Shown here: positions 43,944 to 53,938 of the stretch, piece after piece
How positions within the stretch are numbered: position 1 is the first letter of the stretch
How the letters are laid out: each line of letters begins with the position of its first letter
Assembly (NCBI GenBank): GCA_020638555.1
Contig: JACKII010000003.1
Span: 112,610-176,609, forward strand
Length of the DNA: 64,000 bases
Reading direction: 5' to 3'
Origin: Alphaproteobacteria bacterium
GTDB taxonomy: Bacteria; Pseudomonadota; Alphaproteobacteria; Bin95
The notes under the pieces: generated by a model
Database searches by the model: none
What the model was told of the DNA's origin: nothing
The model's input: the letters and a program-made list of their open reading frames with translations, nothing else
Program-made: the position numbers and the translations under genes

Positions 43944-44405
43944 ATGCGCATCGTCATCGCCGCTGTCGGGCGGATGCGTGCCGGCCCGGCGCGCGGGCTG
44001 CTCGATACCTATCGCAACCGCATGACCACCCTGCCGCTCGACGTGCGCGAGGTGCAGGCGCGCGCCAGCCTGCCCGTGCCGAAAAGGATGGTCGCAGAGG
44101 CGGAATTGCTTTTGCAAGCGCTGCCCGAATCTGGTCCGATCATCGCGATGGACGAACGTGGCGACGATCTTTCGAGCCAAGCCCTTGCCGATCTGCTGGG
44201 CGGATGGCGGGACCAGGGCCATGCGGCCTGCGGCTTCGCCATCGGCGGAGCCGACGGCCTGGACGAAAGCGTGCGCCGGCGGGCGTCCAAAACCCTCCGC
44301 TTCGGCCGGGCGACCTGGCCGCACATGATGGTTCGAGCGATGTTGGCCGAGCAACTCTATCGCGCCCAGCAGATCCTGGCGGGCCACCCCTATCACCGGG
44401 ATTGA
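43944..44405 (+). CDS. rlmH: 23S rRNA (pseudouridine1915-N3)-methyltransferase
   Basis: 153 aa SPOUT family; MRIVIAAVGRMR..., position after rsfS as is typical. Confidence 0.9.
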   Translation: MRIVIAAVGRMRAGPARGLLDTYRNRMTTLPLDVREVQARASLPVPKRMVAEAELLLQALPESGPIIAMDERGDDLSSQALADLLGGWRDQGHAACGFAIGGADGLDESVRRRASKTLRFGRATWPHMMVRAMLAEQLYRAQQILAGHPYHRD

Positions 44406-44411
44406 GGCCGC

Positions 44412-45632
44412 ATGGCGCCCCTTCTTCGTCTGGCCGCCCTGGCATTGGCCCTGGCGCTGGCCGTCGGCCCCGCCCGCGCGGCCGCCCCCGACCCGGAACG
44501 CGCCGCGGCCGAGCGCCATCTGGAGCAGGCGCAGCAGCAATTGCGCGCCGCCGAAGCGGCCAAGACGGCCTCGGCCGCCGCCGCCGATGCCATGCGCGCC
44601 GAAGTGGCGGCCTTGCAGACCGCCGTTCAGTCCGCCGCCGACGATTTGCGCAGCCATGAGCAGGTGATCCGGCAGCGCGCCGCCGAACTGCACGCCCTGC
44701 AACGCAAGCAGGCGGATACGCTCGCCGCCTGGCACGCCCGCCGGGCCGAGGTCGGCACGGCGATCTCCGCCCTCACCCGCCTTGCCACCGTGCCGCCCGC
44801 CGCCACCCTGTTGCAGGGCACCGATACCACCAGCCGCCTGCGCAGCGCCTTCGTCCTGCGCGCCCTGGTTCCGCGCCTGCAACACCGCGCCGATCGGGTG
44901 CGCCAGGACCTGGCCGATATCCGCCGGGCGGCCAAAGACGTGGCCGCCGCCAGGATCGACCTGGTGCAGGCCAAGGCCGGGCTGGAACGCCGTCTCGCCG
45001 AGGTGCAGAAACTGGTGCGGCGCAAGAACGCCGTGCTGGCGGTGCGGCAGAACGAGGCCGACCTCGCCATCGCCGCCGCCCACCGCCAGGCCAAGAGCGC
45101 CGACGACGTGCGCGAACTGATCGCCCGCCTCGACGACGCCCGCAGCGCCCGCAACGCCGCCATGGCGGCCGAGCGAGCGCGCCGCGCCATCATCGCCCAA
45201 CGGGCCGGCACCGCCCCGCCGCCGGACCCGGGCCCGCCGCTGCGTCTGGTCGGTCTCGAATCGCGACGCGGCGGCCTGTTGCTGCCGGTCACCGGCTCCG
45301 TCACCCGGCGCTTTGGCGAGGGCAAGGACGCCTTCAGCGAGGGTATCAGCGTATCCGCCACGCCCGACGCCCCGGTCCTGGCCCCGGCAGACGGCCGCAT
45401 TCGTTATGCTGGCGAGTTCCAGAAGTATGGCCTAGTGTTGATCATCGATCACGGCGGCGGCTTCCATTCGGTGTTGACCGGGTTTTCCAGGCTGAACGTC
45501 GCGACCGATCAATGGGTTTTGGCAGGCGAACCGGTCGGGCGCGTGGCAGCGCATGGTTCGCTCTATATCGAAATCCGGCGGAACGGCCGGCCGGTCGATC
45601 CGTTGCAATGGTTTACCGCTGGGCGCAGCTAG
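44412..45632 (+). CDS. M23/LytM-family peptidase with N-terminal coiled coil (EnvC-like murein hydrolase activator)
   Basis: Signal peptide, long Ala/Gln/Arg-rich coiled coil, C-terminal LytM domain (GLVLIIDHGGGFHSVLTG). Confidence 0.8.
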   Translation: MAPLLRLAALALALALAVGPARAAAPDPERAAAERHLEQAQQQLRAAEAAKTASAAAADAMRAEVAALQTAVQSAADDLRSHEQVIRQRAAELHALQRKQADTLAAWHARRAEVGTAISALTRLATVPPAATLLQGTDTTSRLRSAFVLRALVPRLQHRADRVRQDLADIRRAAKDVAAARIDLVQAKAGLERRLAEVQKLVRRKNAVLAVRQNEADLAIAAAHRQAKSADDVRELIARLDDARSARNAAMAAERARRAIIAQRAGTAPPPDPGPPLRLVGLESRRGGLLLPVTGSVTRRFGEGKDAFSEGISVSATPDAPVLAPADGRIRYAGEFQKYGLVLIIDHGGGFHSVLTGFSRLNVATDQWVLAGEPVGRVAAHGSLYIEIRRNGRPVDPLQWFTAGRS

Positions 45633-45655
45633 ACGCGCGTTAGGAGTTGGAACAC

Positions 45656-47056
45656 ATGCGGCGCAACGCCTGCTGCAAGCTCGGTCTGATCGGGGCCGGT
45701 TTTGCCCTTGCTCTCGTCACCACCCCCCTTCTCGACCCACCGCCGGCGCAGGCGGCTTCCAACTCGTCCGAAACCTACCGGGCGCTGAACCTGTTCGGGG
45801 ATGTGTTCGAGCGGGTGCGCTCGGAATATGTCGAGGAAGTCTCCGACGAAAAGCTGGTCGAAGCCGCCATCAACGGCATGTTGTCCTCGCTGGACCCGCA
45901 TTCCAGCTATCTGAATCCGAAGAATTTCAAGGATATGCAGGTTCAGACCAAGGGCGAGTTCGGCGGGCTCGGCATCGAGGTCACCATGGAGAACGGCCTG
46001 GTCAAGGTGGTCTCCCCCATCGACGACACGCCCGCCTACCGCGCGGGCATCCAGTCCGGCGACCTGGTCACCCATCTGGATGGCGAGCCGGTGCTGGGCC
46101 TGACCCTGGAGCAGGCCGTCGAGAAAATGCGCGGCAAGCCGGACACCGACATCAAGCTGACCGTGCGGCGCGGCGACCAACCGCCCTTCGAAGTCTCCAT
46201 CACCCGCGCCGTGATCAAGATCCAGTCCGTGCGCTCCCGGCTGGAAGGCGATATCGGCTATGTGCGCATCACCAGCTTCAGCCAGCAGACCGAAAGCGGC
46301 CTGACGAAGGCGGTCAAGAAGCTGGAGAAAGAGGCGCCGAACGGCAAGCTGATCGGCCTGGTGCTGGACCTGCGCAACAATCCGGGCGGCCTGCTCGACC
46401 AGGCCATAGCCGTCTCCGACGCCTTCCTGGAGCGGGGTGAGATCGTCTCGACCCGCGGCCGCGACAAGGACAACGCGCAGCGCTTCAACGCCAGCCCGGG
46501 CGACATCACCGACAACCTGCCCATGGTCGTGCTGATCAACGGCGGCTCGGCCTCCGCCTCGGAGATTGTCGCCGGCGCGTTGCAGGATCACCGTCGCGCG
46601 CTGCTCATGGGCACCACCTCCTTCGGCAAGGGCTCGGTCCAGACCATCCAGCCCATCCCCGGCCATGGCGCGATCCGCCTGACCACCGCACGCTATTACA
46701 CCCCGTCCGGCCGCTCGATCCAGGCGACCGGCATCGTACCGGATATCGAGGTCCAGCCGGCCAAGGTCGAGGCCATCGACGTCTCCGCCCGCCGGCGCGA
46801 GGCCGACCTGCCGGGCGCGCTCGCCAATCCCAACGGCACGTCGGACGGCACGCCGGCGAAGAAGGACGCGGCCCCCGCGGCCAAGCCGAAGCCGGACAGC
46901 ATGGACAAGGACGAAGGCGCACCCGAGGCACCGGAGGACAAGACCGGCGACAAGGCAGAGGCCAAGCCGGCAACGGCGCCGGTCGACTACCAGTTGTCGC
47001 GGGCCATCGACCTGCTGCGCGGCCTCGCCCTCTTCAACAGCCGCAAGGACGGGTAA
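45656..47056 (+). CDS. ctpA: carboxy-terminal processing protease (S41)
   Basis: ATG 45656 within track ORF 45647..47056 (TTG); PDZ plus S41 catalytic domain (GGSASASEIVAGAL, TTSFGKGSVQ). Confidence 0.9.
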   Translation: MRRNACCKLGLIGAGFALALVTTPLLDPPPAQAASNSSETYRALNLFGDVFERVRSEYVEEVSDEKLVEAAINGMLSSLDPHSSYLNPKNFKDMQVQTKGEFGGLGIEVTMENGLVKVVSPIDDTPAYRAGIQSGDLVTHLDGEPVLGLTLEQAVEKMRGKPDTDIKLTVRRGDQPPFEVSITRAVIKIQSVRSRLEGDIGYVRITSFSQQTESGLTKAVKKLEKEAPNGKLIGLVLDLRNNPGGLLDQAIAVSDAFLERGEIVSTRGRDKDNAQRFNASPGDITDNLPMVVLINGGSASASEIVAGALQDHRRALLMGTTSFGKGSVQTIQPIPGHGAIRLTTARYYTPSGRSIQATGIVPDIEVQPAKVEAIDVSARRREADLPGALANPNGTSDGTPAKKDAAPAAKPKPDSMDKDEGAPEAPEDKTGDKAEAKPATAPVDYQLSRAIDLLRGLALFNSRKDG

Positions 47057-47550
47057 TGGCCGCGGCGCGCAACCCGGAGGGCATGCCTTACCGTCCCTGC
47101 GTCGGCATCGCGCTGGCCAATGCCGAGGGACTGCTGTTCCTCGGCCGGCGGGTCGGCACCGAGGACAGTTGGCAGATGCCGCAGGGCGGCATCGACCCCG
47201 GCGAGTCCCCCCGGGCGGCCGCCATGCGCGAACTGCGCGAGGAAACCGGCATTGCCCAGGCCGATCTGGTGTTCGAAAGTGCGCACTGGTACCGCTATGA
47301 CCTGCCGCCTGCGGTGGCCGGTCGGGCGTTGCGCGGCCGCTATCGCGGCCAGGAGCAACGCTGGTTCCTGCTGCGCTTCACCGGCCGGGAACGCGAGATC
47401 GACCTGCGCACCCATCACCAGGAATTCTCCGCCTGGCGCTGGGCCGAGCCGGACGAGGTGCTGGCCTGCATCGTCGATTTCAAGCGCCCGGTCTACGAAC
47501 AGGTGCTGGCCGAGTTCGCCTCGCACCTGGCTGCCCTCCGCAGCCGCTGA
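47056..47550 (+). CDS. rppH: RNA pyrophosphohydrolase (NUDIX)
   Basis: Nudix box GGIDPGESPRAAAMRELREETGI. Confidence 0.9.
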   Translation: MAAARNPEGMPYRPCVGIALANAEGLLFLGRRVGTEDSWQMPQGGIDPGESPRAAAMRELREETGIAQADLVFESAHWYRYDLPPAVAGRALRGRYRGQEQRWFLLRFTGREREIDLRTHHQEFSAWRWAEPDEVLACIVDFKRPVYEQVLAEFASHLAALRSR

Positions 47551-47586
47551 CCGCCCCTTTCCGGACCCAAGCCGAAGCGCCCCGCG

Positions 47587-48783
47587 ATGACCGACTCCGC
47601 CCCCCTCCCCCTTGCCGGCATCCGTGTGCTGGAATTCTGCCACACCATCATGGGGCCGACCGCAGGCGTGATTCTGGCCGACCTCGGCGCCGACGTCATC
47701 AAGGTCGAGCCGGCGCCCGCCGGCGACAAGACCCGCCGCCTGCCGGGGTTCGCCGCCGGGTTCTTCGTCAGTTTCAACCGCAACAAGCGCGGCATCGCCC
47801 TCGACCTGAAGAGCGAGGCCGGCCGGGCCGTCGCCCACAGGCTGATCGGCCAGGCCGACATGCTGTTCGAGAATTACGGCCCCGGCACGATGGAGCGGCT
47901 CGGCTGCGGCTATGACCAGGTCAAGCACCTGAACGAGCGCCTGATCTATGGCGCGCTGAAGGGCTTTCTCTCCGGCCCCTACGAGCACCGGCCGGCGCTG
48001 GACGAGGTGGTGCAGTTCATGGGCGGCCTCGCCTACATGACCGGCCCGCCCGGCCGCCCGCTGCGCGCCGGCGCCAGCGTGATCGACATGATGGGCGGCA
48101 CCATGGCCGTGGTCGCGGCCCTCGCCGCGCTGGAGGAGCGCAAGCGCACCGGCAAGGGCCAGTATCTGAAAAGCGCGCTGTTCGAGAGCACGGCCTGGCT
48201 CATGACCCAGCACATGGCCGGCCAGGCGATCACCGGCCGACCGGTGCCGCCAATGCCGGCGCGCGAGGGCGCCTGGGCGGTCTACGAACCGTTCGAGACC
48301 GCCGACGGCGACCAGATTTTCATCGGCCTCACCTCCGACAATCACTGGCGCCGCTTCTGCGAGGAATTCGGCCGCCACGACCTGCTGGCCGACGCGCGCT
48401 ATGCCTCGAACGAGGCCCGCGTCGCCGAGCGCCCGACCCTGCTGCCGCTGGTGGCCGATTTGGTGAAGCGGCATACCACTGCCGAGATCGTCGCCATTGC
48501 CGAGCGCATCGGCATCCCGTTCGCCCCGGTCGCCACCGCTGCCGACCTGTTCGACGATCCGCAACTGGCCGCGGCCGGCGGTGGCCTGCTTCCGATCCAA
48601 CTGCCGAACGGCGACTGGACCAAACTGCCCCGCCTGCCGATCGAGATGGGCGATCACGATCTGGGCCTGCACTGCCAGGCGCCGCAAGTCGGCGAACACA
48701 CGGCCGAGGTGATGCGGGAAGCCGGCTACAGCGAGGCCGAGATCGCCGCGCTGGCCGAGCAGAAGGCCGTGGTGCTGGGGTAA
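47587..48783 (+). CDS. CaiB/BaiF family III CoA-transferase
   Basis: 398 aa; family III CoA-transferase N-terminus (LAGIRVLEFCHTIMGPTAGVILADLGADVIKVE) and catalytic Asp region. Confidence 0.85.
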   Translation: MTDSAPLPLAGIRVLEFCHTIMGPTAGVILADLGADVIKVEPAPAGDKTRRLPGFAAGFFVSFNRNKRGIALDLKSEAGRAVAHRLIGQADMLFENYGPGTMERLGCGYDQVKHLNERLIYGALKGFLSGPYEHRPALDEVVQFMGGLAYMTGPPGRPLRAGASVIDMMGGTMAVVAALAALEERKRTGKGQYLKSALFESTAWLMTQHMAGQAITGRPVPPMPAREGAWAVYEPFETADGDQIFIGLTSDNHWRRFCEEFGRHDLLADARYASNEARVAERPTLLPLVADLVKRHTTAEIVAIAERIGIPFAPVATAADLFDDPQLAAAGGGLLPIQLPNGDWTKLPRLPIEMGDHDLGLHCQAPQVGEHTAEVMREAGYSEAEIAALAEQKAVVLG

Positions 48784-48879
48784 GGCGGCGGCCGACACCG
48801 GCCCCGGACGGCGGCTCCGTCCGCTTCGGGGAACGCCAATGGCCCGCGGGGGATCGCCGACCGAGACGCCTCCGAAACC

Positions 48880-48980
48880 CGCAATTCCGTCATGGCGAGG
48901 CGCGGAGCGACGAAGCCATCCAGGGGGTTTTCAACATGTCAAACCCTGGATTGCTTCGCCTTCGGCTCGCAATGACGGTT
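48880..48980. repeat. palindromic intergenic repeat, family B copy 2
   Basis: ccgtcatggcgagg...gcgacgaagccatccaggg...ccctggattgcttcgcc...ctcgcaatgacgg; imperfect palindrome between convergent genes, related to 3405-3515. Confidence 0.55.
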
Positions 48981-49120
48981 TCCGGAGGTATCCAGGAGAT
49001 TGCCTCCCCGTGGCGGGCGGTTGCGAGAAGCGCTGAGGCATGGCCTACCGCCTGCGCGGGAGAGGGGAGGGAGTGGAGACCATCCGGATTCGCCGCCACG
49101 CCTCCCCAAAAAAACGGCCT

Positions 49121-50710
49121 TCAAACGAAATCCCATTCCGGCCTTGTCATGCCGACAAAGGTCTCGCCGATCCCGCCGGGGGTGTTTCGGGCCAGCAGGT
49201 CGCGCAGCGAGACCGTGTTCTGGATCGCATCCCACCCCGGCGCGCTGAACGTCTCCGGCTTGAACACGTGCTCCGAGAGCAGCGGGTTGGTCAGCGCCTG
49301 GCTGAAGGCGTCGATGGCGACGAAGCGCAGAATCAGCGGCGGCAGCGAGGAATTGACCGTCCGGTCCTCCGCGAACAGGCCGACGAAAAACTCGATCCGG
49401 TCGACACTGCCATAGGCCCGGCGCAGCATCTCGGCCGCTTGCGGATCGCTGGTCACGTCCTCGAAACGCTGCGGCCGGTCGAGGCCCACATAGGCGCGGT
49501 AGTCGCTGTAACTGGCCAGCTGGCAGGCCCGCCCCTGGCGGATCGAGCGTTCCTCCACATGCAACAGCCGCTTGGTGGTGTTGAACAGGCCGAGCCGCGT
49601 CGCCGGCGTGGCGCTGATATCCCGGAACGCCGCCAGCAGGCCGCCGCGCAACAGCACGCCGTGGTCGAGGAAGGTGCGCGCCACCGGCACCGGCTCGCCA
49701 CCGCCCCAGGGGATCGCGTCCGGGATCAGGGCGTGCCAGCGATAGAGCAGGCTGAACTCGGTCGTGATCCAGTTCGGCTTGTTCCAGGCCGCCCGCCAGG
49801 CCGCGCGCGGGTCGGCGCGGATGGAAAAATTCTTCGGCGAGATATGGTTGATGTATTCCTCGACCACGATCTTGATGAAGAGGACGATCACCACATTGCG
49901 CGCCGTCTCGAACACGCGGGTATCGTCCCAATCCGGGTGGCGCTGCGCGATCTCGCCGGCCAGCCGGTTGTGCTCGCGCAGGAACAGCGTGTTCAGCATC
50001 GCCACCTGCGGCACCGAGTTGGCGCGGTCGCCGCCGAACGCGAACAGGGTGGCGCGCTTCTCTGCCGCCAGGCCGTCACCGTCGCCCAGCACCGGGTCCA
50101 GCACCGCGAATTGCGGGTCGAGTTCGCCGTCGCGGTAGAGAAACGGCGCATACTCCTCGCCGTCGATCGTCTGCGACTTCAGGCGGCCGCGTTCGCCCGG
50201 CGTCTCGCTGTTCTGCCGCAGCGCCGCGGTTTGCGCCGGGGTGCGGCCATAGAGCGGGCAGAGGTCGATCTGGTGGTTGGAGGTGGTGCGCCGGAACAAC
50301 TCGTCGTCCGAAAGACCCGACAAGCCGATACGGTCGGCCAGCGGCTCGGTCAGGGTGCGGATGAAGCCGTCGGTCAGGTATTGCGCGAAGGCCGGGAACA
50401 GACAGGTGGACTTGCCGTCCGGGTCCGCCGGCCGATCCTCCGGCCGGGCGAACAGCCGGGTCAGCGTCTCGACCGGCGGCAGGTCGGCGACCGGCTTGGG
50501 CGGCAGGTGGCGGCCGCTCCAACTCCGGTCCGACAGCGCGGTCCAACTGGTATAGGGCTGGGCCGTGCTCCAGGGATGCGGCCGGGTGCGGGCCCGCCCC
50601 ACCGCCCGGTTGATCAGGATGCGGTTGGCGTGCACGGCCAGGACGGGCACGGCTTCGACCACGTCGAACAGGCGACGCTCCAACCAACGCAGAGCGGATG
50701 AACTGGCCAT
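49121..50710 (-). CDS. animal-type heme peroxidase family protein, cyclooxygenase/alpha-dioxygenase-like fatty acid oxygenase
   Basis: ATG 50710 (MASSSALRWL) with AAGGA RBS, within track ORF 49121..50836; stretches resembling COX/PIOX: FAQYLTDGFIRT (distal His region), TLFLREHNRLAGEIAQRHPDWDDTRVFETARNVVIVLFIKIVVEEYINHIS (compare COX TIWLREHNRVCDLL...IKIVIEEYVQ), LLYRWHALIPD (Tyr/proximal His). Confidence 0.8.
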   Translation of the reverse strand: MASSSALRWLERRLFDVVEAVPVLAVHANRILINRAVGRARTRPHPWSTAQPYTSWTALSDRSWSGRHLPPKPVADLPPVETLTRLFARPEDRPADPDGKSTCLFPAFAQYLTDGFIRTLTEPLADRIGLSGLSDDELFRRTTSNHQIDLCPLYGRTPAQTAALRQNSETPGERGRLKSQTIDGEEYAPFLYRDGELDPQFAVLDPVLGDGDGLAAEKRATLFAFGGDRANSVPQVAMLNTLFLREHNRLAGEIAQRHPDWDDTRVFETARNVVIVLFIKIVVEEYINHISPKNFSIRADPRAAWRAAWNKPNWITTEFSLLYRWHALIPDAIPWGGGEPVPVARTFLDHGVLLRGGLLAAFRDISATPATRLGLFNTTKRLLHVEERSIRQGRACQLASYSDYRAYVGLDRPQRFEDVTSDPQAAEMLRRAYGSVDRIEFFVGLFAEDRTVNSSLPPLILRFVAIDAFSQALTNPLLSEHVFKPETFSAPGWDAIQNTVSLRDLLARNTPGGIGETFVGMTRPEWDFV

Positions 50711-50896
50711 GGTGGGATCGTCCTTGCTGTCGCCGCGTGTCATTGCCGTCCTGGTAACACGATTCAACCGCAACGGCTGTGATTTCGGCCACTTCCCACA
50801 CCCGGCACAGGGCACCGGCATTGTTCCAAAGACCAATGCGTGTAGACTTTTCCGCCAACGCCATCCGTATCTTCCCCATCAAGGAACCGCCTCCCC

Positions 50897-52087
50897 ATGT
50901 CCTCCCCTTCCGCGCCGCCGCTCGACGGCTTGCTGGTGCTCGACTTCACCCGGGTGATTGCCGGCCCCTATCTGACCCAGATGCTGGGCGATCTGGGCGC
51001 CGAGATTGTCAAGATCGAGGACCCGCGCGGCGGCGACGACTTCCGCCACTACCGGCCCGCCGGCTGGCAGGGCGATGCCCCCTATTTCCTGGGCCTGAAC
51101 CGCAACAAGAAAAGCGTGCTGGTCGACCTCGCCAGCGAGGCCGGGCGCCGGGCCTGCCGCGAACTGGCGGCCAAGGCCGATATCCTGGTGGAGAATTTCC
51201 GCCCCGACGTCATGGCGAAATACGGCCTCGCCTATGACGATCTCAAGGAGCTGAACCCGCGCCTGGTCTACTGTTCCATTTCCGGCTACGGCCATTCCTC
51301 CCCCTTCCGCCTGGTGGCCGGCTACGACCCGATTGCCCAGGCGGAAACCGGCCTGATGTACCTGACCGGGCCGGAGGAGATCGAGCCGCAAAAGGCCGGC
51401 GGCTCCGTCGCGGACACCTTCACCAGCCTGCATGCGGGCATGGGGTTGATGGCGGCGCTGGAGGCGCGCCACCGCACCGGCCGGGGCCAGCACGTGGACG
51501 TGTCGCTGTTCGATTCCATGTTCGCCGCCACCGGCTATGCCGCCATGTATCCGCTGATGCTGGGCGAGGACATGCCGCGCCTCGGCAACGGTTCGCTGGT
51601 GCTGACCCCGCTCGGCACCTATGACTGCGCCGACGGCCAGATCATGATCGTGGTCGGCAACGACCGGCAATACGCCCGCTTCTGCGAGGCGCTGGAGCGG
51701 CCGGACATGGCGGACGACCCGCGCTATGCCAGCATCGCCTCGCGCCTGGAACACCGCGCGGCGCTGGAGGCCGAAGTGGTGGCGGCCCTCAAGACCCGCC
51801 CGCGCGCCGAATGGGTCGACCGGCTGCGCGCCGCCGGCGTGCCCGCCGGCGCGGTGCGTACGCCGAAAGAGGCCGTCGCCTCACCGGAGGCCACCGGCCG
51901 CGACATGCTGCAACCGGCCCGCTATGCGGAGACGACCCAGGACGTGGTCTGGTCGCCGCTCCGCCTCTCCGACACGCCGCCGCGCAAGCCGGGCCGGGTG
52001 CCGCTGCACGGCGAGCACACCGACGAGGTGCTGGCCGAGATGCTGGGCTACTCCGCCACCCAGATCGCCGCAGTGAAAGGCGGCTAG
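50897..52087 (+). CDS. CaiB/BaiF family III CoA-transferase (paralog)
   Basis: 396 aa; LDGLLVLDFTRVIAGPYLTQMLGDLGAEIVKIE N-terminus. Confidence 0.85.
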   Translation: MSSPSAPPLDGLLVLDFTRVIAGPYLTQMLGDLGAEIVKIEDPRGGDDFRHYRPAGWQGDAPYFLGLNRNKKSVLVDLASEAGRRACRELAAKADILVENFRPDVMAKYGLAYDDLKELNPRLVYCSISGYGHSSPFRLVAGYDPIAQAETGLMYLTGPEEIEPQKAGGSVADTFTSLHAGMGLMAALEARHRTGRGQHVDVSLFDSMFAATGYAAMYPLMLGEDMPRLGNGSLVLTPLGTYDCADGQIMIVVGNDRQYARFCEALERPDMADDPRYASIASRLEHRAALEAEVVAALKTRPRAEWVDRLRAAGVPAGAVRTPKEAVASPEATGRDMLQPARYAETTQDVVWSPLRLSDTPPRKPGRVPLHGEHTDEVLAEMLGYSATQIAAVKGG

Positions 52088-52248
52088 GCAAGGAGGAAAG
52101 GGCCGGCACCGCCCCTCCTGCCCCCGGTCGCGCCACGCCCGTTCATGCTTGGCGCAACCGGGGGGCCGTGTGCGCTGTTGTCAGACGGGAACCATTGGCG
52201 ATACACTCGGTCCATGGTTGAATTGTGCCACGGCGCGGGGGCGAGCGA

Positions 52249-52773
52249 ATGGCAGATGCGGGCATTCCGGGGCAAGAGCCGAACCAACAAGCAACCGAAG
52301 AACCTGTCCAGCGGCATCCACTTTGGCGCTGGCTTCGCGGTTTCACCGAGCATGTGCTGCTGACGCCCTGGTCGCTGGTTCTGGTGATCTGGGCGTCTTG
52401 CCTGGGGAGCGGCATCGGCACTGTGGATGCGGATTGGTCCACCGCCGCCACCCTCATCCAGGGTCGCCATGTGTTCACCAACCTGGACTGGGATTGGCCT
52501 TCAGCTACGAGCGCTTTTTGGCGCCATACCGGCGGATTCCTCATCCTGTTCATCGGCTTTACGGCGATTAGCGCAGTATTTTATTGCGCATTTCTAAGAA
52601 TTACAAAGAACTCGCAGCGTCCGATTTGGATCATAATCCAACTCTCCTGGCTATGGGTCTTTACCAATATTCGGGTTCGCTGCGATTTTGACCTGCACGG
52701 AGACGCAAAGGCTTGGGAGAAGGCCGCAAACAACCCTGCCGATGATGCGACCCTAGAGCGGTTTCGCTTCTGA
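52249..52773 (+). CDS. hypothetical membrane protein
   Basis: ATG 52249 within track ORF 52225..52773; about 4 hydrophobic helices; 3' half visibly lower in GC than surroundings. Confidence 0.4.
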   Translation: MADAGIPGQEPNQQATEEPVQRHPLWRWLRGFTEHVLLTPWSLVLVIWASCLGSGIGTVDADWSTAATLIQGRHVFTNLDWDWPSATSAFWRHTGGFLILFIGFTAISAVFYCAFLRITKNSQRPIWIIIQLSWLWVFTNIRVRCDFDLHGDAKAWEKAANNPADDATLERFRF

Positions 52774-52814
52774 AAGAGTCGTTGGGGGATTCCCGTGGGA
52801 CCGAATTTCTGATT

Positions 52815-53835
52815 CAGAGTAAGGGCTGGTGAGGGAGGCCAGCCGCGATGGCGACAGCTCTTTCCGTTGATCTTCGTTCCCGTGTGATTGCTGCCGTTGA
52901 TGACGGCATGAGCCGTCGTCGGGCCGCGACGCGGTTTGGTGTCAGCTACTCTTCTGCGATCCGCTGGGTTCGGCAGGCGCGGGAGACGGGCAATCTCGCG
53001 CCAAAGCCGCAAGGCGGTGCACGGCGGGAGAGCATCATCGACCGGCATGCGGCTCTGGTCATGGGCTGGATCGATGCCGAGCCGGACCTGACGCTCCCGG
53101 AGATCGCGATGCGGTTGGACGATGCGGTCGGCTACCGCCCGCCACCGAGTGTGGTGCACGCTTTCTTCAAGCGCCACGGCGTGACGCGCAAAAAAAGACG
53201 GCGCATGCGGCCGAGCAAGACCGGCCGGACGTAGCGCAGCGACGGCACGCCTGGTTCGACGCCCAGCCGGACCTCGATCCGGAGCGTCTGGTCTTCATCG
53301 ACGAGAGTGGAACCTCGACCAAGATGGCGCGGATGTATGGCCGTGCGCGCAAGGGCGAGCGCTGCCGGGCGCCGGTTCCGCACGGGCATTGGAAGACAAC
53401 GACGTTCGTCGGCGGCCTGACGCTTGCGGGCGTGGTCGCGCCGATGACGCTCGACGGTGCCATGAGCGGAGCGGCTTTCCTCGCCTATGTCAGCCAAGTC
53501 CTGGCGCCGACGCTGCGCCGCGGCGATGTCGTGGTGATGGACAACCTGCCGGCCCACAAATCCATCGCCGTCCGAGAGACCATCGAGGCTGCCGGCGCCG
53601 TCCTGCTGTTCCTTCCGCCCTACAGCCCCGACTTCAATCCGATCGAGCTTGCCTTTGCCAAGATCAAGGCGCTGCTCAAAAAGGCCGCCGCCCGCACACT
53701 TCCCGCACTCTGGGACGCCATCCGCGACGCCATCGACGCCGTCACTCCGAACGACGCCCGCAGCTTCTTCACCGCATGCGGTTACGAACCAGAATGAAAC
53801 GATTCCGCTCTAGCCCGTTTCTACTGGTTTCCGCT
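52815..53835 (+). mobile_element. IS630-family insertion sequence (boundaries approximate)
   Basis: Contains orfA/orfB transposase with A7 slippery site; weak imperfect terminal inverted repeats (CAGAGTAAGGGCT ... AGCCCGTTTCTACTG); target TA duplication not clearly seen. Confidence 0.65.
52848..53797 (+). CDS. IS630-family transposase OrfAB (programmed -1 frameshift at A7, 53190-53196)
   Basis: OrfA (track 52848..53234) has HTH N-terminus; -1 reading of the A7 run joins to the DDE domain (track ORF 53324..53797: [22 protein letters not shown]). Confidence 0.75.
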
Positions 53836-53938
53836 TTATGGCGGCATCGCCATTTGGCTGGGAGGGCTGGTCACCGTCAGCGCGCTCTGCGTCGATGGAA
53901 TTTTCAACATCCGCTCGCTGCCCATCCACGAAACCAGC

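Noticed and set aside
48939-49931. 330-aa ORF overlapping the peroxidase gene
   Set aside because: Alternate frame of the same strand as the peroxidase; the peroxidase frame carries the COX-like motifs.
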